Source: Guillardia theta CCMP2712 (Eukaryota > Protista > Cryptophyta). From it: 64,000 nt of DNA. Below, one piece after another: positions 59,717-64,000 of this stretch. Position numbers and translations under genes: made by a program. The notes beneath the pieces were generated by a model, which did no database searches, was not told where the DNA came from, and saw only the letters and a program-made list of their open reading frames with translations. The stretch lies in contig NW_005434531.1 in NCBI RefSeq assembly GCF_000315625.1, positions 12,933-76,932 of the forward strand, read 5' to 3'. Position 1 is the first letter of the stretch, and each line of letters begins with the position of its first letter.

Positions 59717-60908
59717 TCAGGTCGAGCACATCATGTTCACGTACTCGATGTAGTTGACTGACCCAGTGTTCTCCGGATCAACCTGTCATTCCATCACTCC
59801 TTCCTCCTCTACTCTCCAACTTCCTCTTCCTCTTCATCTCCAATCCTGCTGCCCTCCTCCTCCTCCTCCATCCTCCTCCTCTTCCTCTTTCTGTTCACCT
59901 GTGACAGCAGGTCCTGCGCTTCCTCTACCGTCAATTTCTCCGTCCCGTAGGTCGTCAGAGCTCGTTCCAGCGCACTTGTCTTGACGTGACCAGGAGGCAG
60001 ACCGGAGTTGGGGGCCTCGAACACCTGCTCGACCATCACCTACTGCTCCTCCTCCTCCTCCGCTTCCTTCCCTCTTCCTCCTCCTCCTTCCCTTCTTCCT
60101 TCATTACATTGCCTTCGCACTCATATCCTTGTCCTACTTTCAACACCCTCTTCCTCGCTCTTCCTTCCCTCTCCTCCTTCCCCTCCCTTCCCTCTCCCTC
60201 CCATCGCCTCCCCGGCTCTTGTTCTCTCCGCCTGCTCGCATCGATCACCTTGAAGGCGGCCTTCACCTCTTCAGGGGTGTAGGTTGGTTGTACTTTCCTC
60301 GACATCACCTGTATCACCGATCATCATGCTGAGCCGGAGAGGAGGACGAGGAAGAAGGTTATGAAACAAGTAGGGTGAGAGGAGGAGGAGACAGCAGGCA
60401 AGGAGAGAGGAGGGGAAAGGGGAGCATTCAACCTGAACAAACTCGTCAAAGTCGATCTCTCCATTTCCGTCCTCATCAATCTCGCGGATCATTGCGTTCA
60501 GCTCATCCTGTTCAGAAGCGTTTCATCAAATTCCAAGGGAAAACAGCAAATTCGGCAAATTCCCCTCCCGCCCCCTGCTTCCCCCGCCTCCCCCTAAACC
60601 CTCCCGCCGCCATCCTCATCATCCTCTCGTGCCCCCTCCCCCTTCCTGTTCCCCCCTCCTCTCGCCGTCTCCTCCACCTGGTTCGGCTTCAACCCCAGGG
60701 TCTCCATGAGGGAGCCCAGCTCCTGGGGGGAGATAGATCCTCCCTTATCCTCGTCGACCTAACATGTCGGGCATCATAATATGGTTCACATCGAGTGACA
60801 ACTTACCAGGTTGAACAGCTCCTTGAACTCTCTCAGCTCATCTAGAGTGAGGTGAGGATGCTTCTTCAAGCTCTCGCGCAGCATTTCCTCTTCGTCCTTG
60901 TCCGCCAT
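59717..60908 (-). CDS. Calmodulin-like EF-hand protein, outer-arm dynein light chain LC4-like, multi-exon
   Basis: LREFKELFNL|VDEDKGGSISPQELGSLMETLG, MIREIDEDGNGEIDFDEFVQ|VMSRKVQPTYTPEEVKAAFK|VFE, ALTTYGTEKLTVEEAQDLLSQ|VDPENTGSVNYIEYVNMM; the third EF-hand is degenerate as in LC4. Confidence 0.85.
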
Positions 60909-61212
60909 GGCGTGTCGCTCTCGGTGTCAACTGCAGGTGTGCTATTTATCTCTCTTCAACGAACTTTTTCCCTTCCAAGTTGCTGTTCCAACATGCGGTC
61001 AGAAACCTTCCAAACAGAACAAGCATGTCTCGTCTCGTCTCCATCTTCTTCTTTTTTCTTTCATGTTCTCTTATCTCCTGAGTTATTTATCTATGAATCT
61101 ACGTGGATCATCATTCAACTTCGTTCTGTCCTTTGACAGCCGAATATCACCTTATCCTCTTGACCCTGATTCCGCTTCTCTTGCTTCTCCTCCTCCTCCT
61201 CCTCCTCTCGAC

Positions 61213-61253
<41 letters not shown>

Positions 61254-62119
61254 ATTTCAGTCCTGAACTACAAAGAAACCAACCGAACGGAGAGGCTGGG
61301 GTACTTGATGGGGAAATTGAGGGTAGAGGAGAATTATTTTGAGTAGGGGTACGTTTTAGTTCTTCTTATCTAATTTTAAGTGGGTAGGGTGATCAAGAAT
61401 TGGTAGTAGGGGTAATAGCGTTAATCTGGGGGTGAGGGTAGTGTGTTTTGACCAATGGAGGGGTCATTAGGATATTAATGGAAGGGGTGGTATCAAAACA
61501 TGTTCCCCCCCCGTGGTCTGGGGGTAGAGGGTAGGGGGTACTGTGGCTCTTCATCAATGCTGTACGAGGACGTGAAAGAGGGAGGAGGGAGGGAGGGAGG
61601 GAGGGAGGGGGAAGGGAGGGGGANNNNNNNNNNNNNNNNNNNNNNNNNNNNNNNNNNNNNNNNNNNNNNNNNNNNNNNNNNNNNNNNNNNNNNNNNNNNN
61701 NNNNNNNNNNNNNNNNNNNNNNNNNNNNNNNNNNNNNNNNNNNNNNNNNNNNNNNNNNNNNNNNNNNNNNNNNNNNNNNNNNNNNNNNNNNGTGGTTCAA
61801 GTCTAGGAGATTCAGAAGAGTGGATGGAATGGAGGGTGGAATGGAACTAGTGCTAGGAAATCATCTTGTCAAGTTAAGGACGAGGACCAAGTTGAGAAAG
61901 TCAAGGGTGGCAGAAGGTATGATACCAACGTCTCGATTAGTGTGAAGCATATGCTGTGAGATTGAGAGAAGTTCATTACGTCGCTGCTATATGATCTGAG
62001 CGCTCTCCTCTAGTGTTTATGGTGACTTGGTTTGTGGATAATGGTCTTTGGCAGGTCAAGTTCCTCGTCTCTTGGCCAGCAAGCACTGTGAGAGGCTCTC
62101 TAGGGGCTCGTTCATAGCC

Positions 62120-64000
62120 ATGGTAGCGCACCATGGGAGCAGCAGGGCGGAGCAGGAAGAGTCCACGTACGGCGTCTTCGAACCGGAAGCGTCGGGAGCG
62201 CCATGGAGGAAGAGCTCGTCGAGCAGGCTCATCATGGCGGTGATGGCGTTGGGACTGTGTGGTATGATCGTCGTGGGCATGATCCTGCATGCGCCATACC
62301 TGCAGACGTCACTGCTCGGGGGGTCTGTTGACTTGTTCGACGTCTCAGCGGCGGACAGGCACAGGGCGAGGGGGCAGGCGGTGGAGATGTCGCTTGCTGA
62401 CGTGCCTGAAGAGGGCCAGCACGTTGTGCACCTCAATGTTCCTCTCAAGGATGTGACTGGCTTGCGAGTTGGGTCGACGATGAAGGGGAAGACGGCGATG
62501 CTGGCATCGGGCGGTACTACTCCTATCAATGTCAAGGATTTCACCGGCAAGGTTGGTGGAGAACTCGTTGCCCATGGGCAGGAGGCAGGAGGCTGACGGT
62601 TGTGCACAGGTCCGATCGTTGCAGATGATCACAGTGCAAGGAAAGATTCAATCAGACGTAAGTTGCTTAAAGGATAAGGGCTGACGAGGCTGATTCTTGT
62701 GGGCAGGTGCTGGGGGAGCCGGACGAGGGAGTTGTGTCAGTGAAGCTGCTGACTGATCAGTACGTCGCTCCTGGTACGACAGTGACGGGGATGGTGGCGG
62801 GCAAAGTGTTCAAGGGAGTCGTTACTAAGGCCCCTTCTCTTGAGGTACAGTCCTTCTCCTGCGCACTTCTTCTGTCTGCCTCCCGCTTCTCGACCTCTCC
62901 CTACTTCCCCCCAGTGTGTTTATCTTAATGCTGCCCCCTTGGTTCTCCCTCCTCCCTCCTCCCTCCTCCCTCCTCCCTCCTCCCTCCTCCCTCCTCCCTC
63001 CTCCCTCCTCCCTCCTCCCTCCCTCCCAACGTTTCTTTCCTCCTGTTCTTCTGTCGTCCTATCCTCCATCTGCTCCTTCAACCTGCTGCTACTGCTGCTG
63101 CTGCTGCTCATGGATCTACAGAACCGCCTGGACGAGGCTGAGAAGCGGATGCGAGAAATGGCTCCTCCTGTCTGCGACGAGATCTGCAAGCTCGAGAAGG
63201 AGATCGAGAAGACGCAGAGGAGGATCAAAGACTACAAGGACTCGCGGCATCTCCGCAAGGAAGCAGACGCGCTGGAGAAGGTGAGGAGAGGGAAATCCCA
63301 TTGGGAGGGGGGGGGAAGCGGGGGATGGAGAAGGAGGAGGAGGAGGAGGAGGAGGAGGAGGAGGAGGAGTTCGATGGTTGATGGTTGAAACAGCGGATGG
63401 ATGCGCTGGAGAAGCCGCGTCCTCCTCCTGAGACGGTTGCGATCCTGGGGAACTGGGCTGGTTTCAAGTTCGAACTGCCTGATGTGAGGTAGAGATGTGA
63501 GGTTGGCGTTACATTGACCCTGTCTCAGGGTCCAGACACTTACGTACCGCGTCTGGAGAACATTGCGGATAGGATGGACAGCATCCCAAAAGGTGAGGAT
63601 AAGGAAGTGCTGTGAGGGGGTGAAGAAGGAGCATGAGGAGGAGGAAAGGAGGTGGAGGGAGGGAGGGCAGACGATGGAGTCCAGCTGAAGTCCAACTACA
63701 GGATACGCTGTTGCCTTCCAAGATGTTTACAACACGACACGGAAACTGGAGAAGAAGCTTGACGAGGTCGAAGGATTGAAAACCACACAAGAGAGGATGA
63801 ACCTCCTCCGCCACGAGCTCTCCGAGGTCCCGCACCTCCTCCTCCTCCTCCTCCTCCTCCTCCTCCTCGTACTTCTTCTTCTTCTTCTTCTCTGTTGATG
63901 CTGATGGTGTTAGTAATGGTAATGCGACGAGGCAGGATCGCTCGTAGTGTGCTACGACTGTGGTGGTGTGATGGCGGTGTCACCTCTGCTTCTTCCTCGT
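62120..64000 (+). CDS. Type II membrane protein of unknown function with coiled coil, multi-exon, probably continuing beyond the window
   Basis: MVAHH...STYGVF...RLIMAVMALGLCGMIVVGMIL TM anchor; further GT/AG exons (VLGEPDEGVVSVKLL..., NRLDEAEKRMRE...). Confidence 0.65.

Overview
Gene-dense eukaryotic nuclear DNA with many short spliceosomal introns (GT-AG, some GC-AG), low-complexity GA- or CT-rich introns and four N gaps. Signal peptides followed by Phe on bacterial-type plastid proteins, a flagellar dynein light chain and the intron style suggest an alga with a complex red plastid, most likely a cryptophyte (Guillardia/Hanusia-like); this is inference. Recognisable genes: organellar class II lysyl-tRNA synthetase with a WHEP-like N-domain, a CDC48/AFG2-like AAA ATPase, a plastid-targeted CvfB-like S1/winged-helix protein, kinesin-14, a GSK3/shaggy kinase, plastid NusG, a GT13 (GnT-I-like) glycosyltransferase, HemK/PrmC, and a calmodulin-like outer-arm dynein LC4. 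About ten further genes have no assignable function. The main observation is an intronless Crinkler-type coiled-coil + P-loop NTPase + restriction-endonuclease-fold ORF (50181-52241) enclosed by ~46-48 bp inverted repeats (49803-49850 / 53549-53594). The same terminus recurs as a 78-bp miniature inverted-repeat element at 20357-20434, consistent with an autonomous/non-autonomous pair of an unusual DNA transposon. A second candidate is a ~190-nt highly base-paired, non-coding segment (30928-31120) attached to an AT-rich island. No rRNA, tRNA or CRISPR array was found. Exon boundaries were read by eye and gene limits are approximate.
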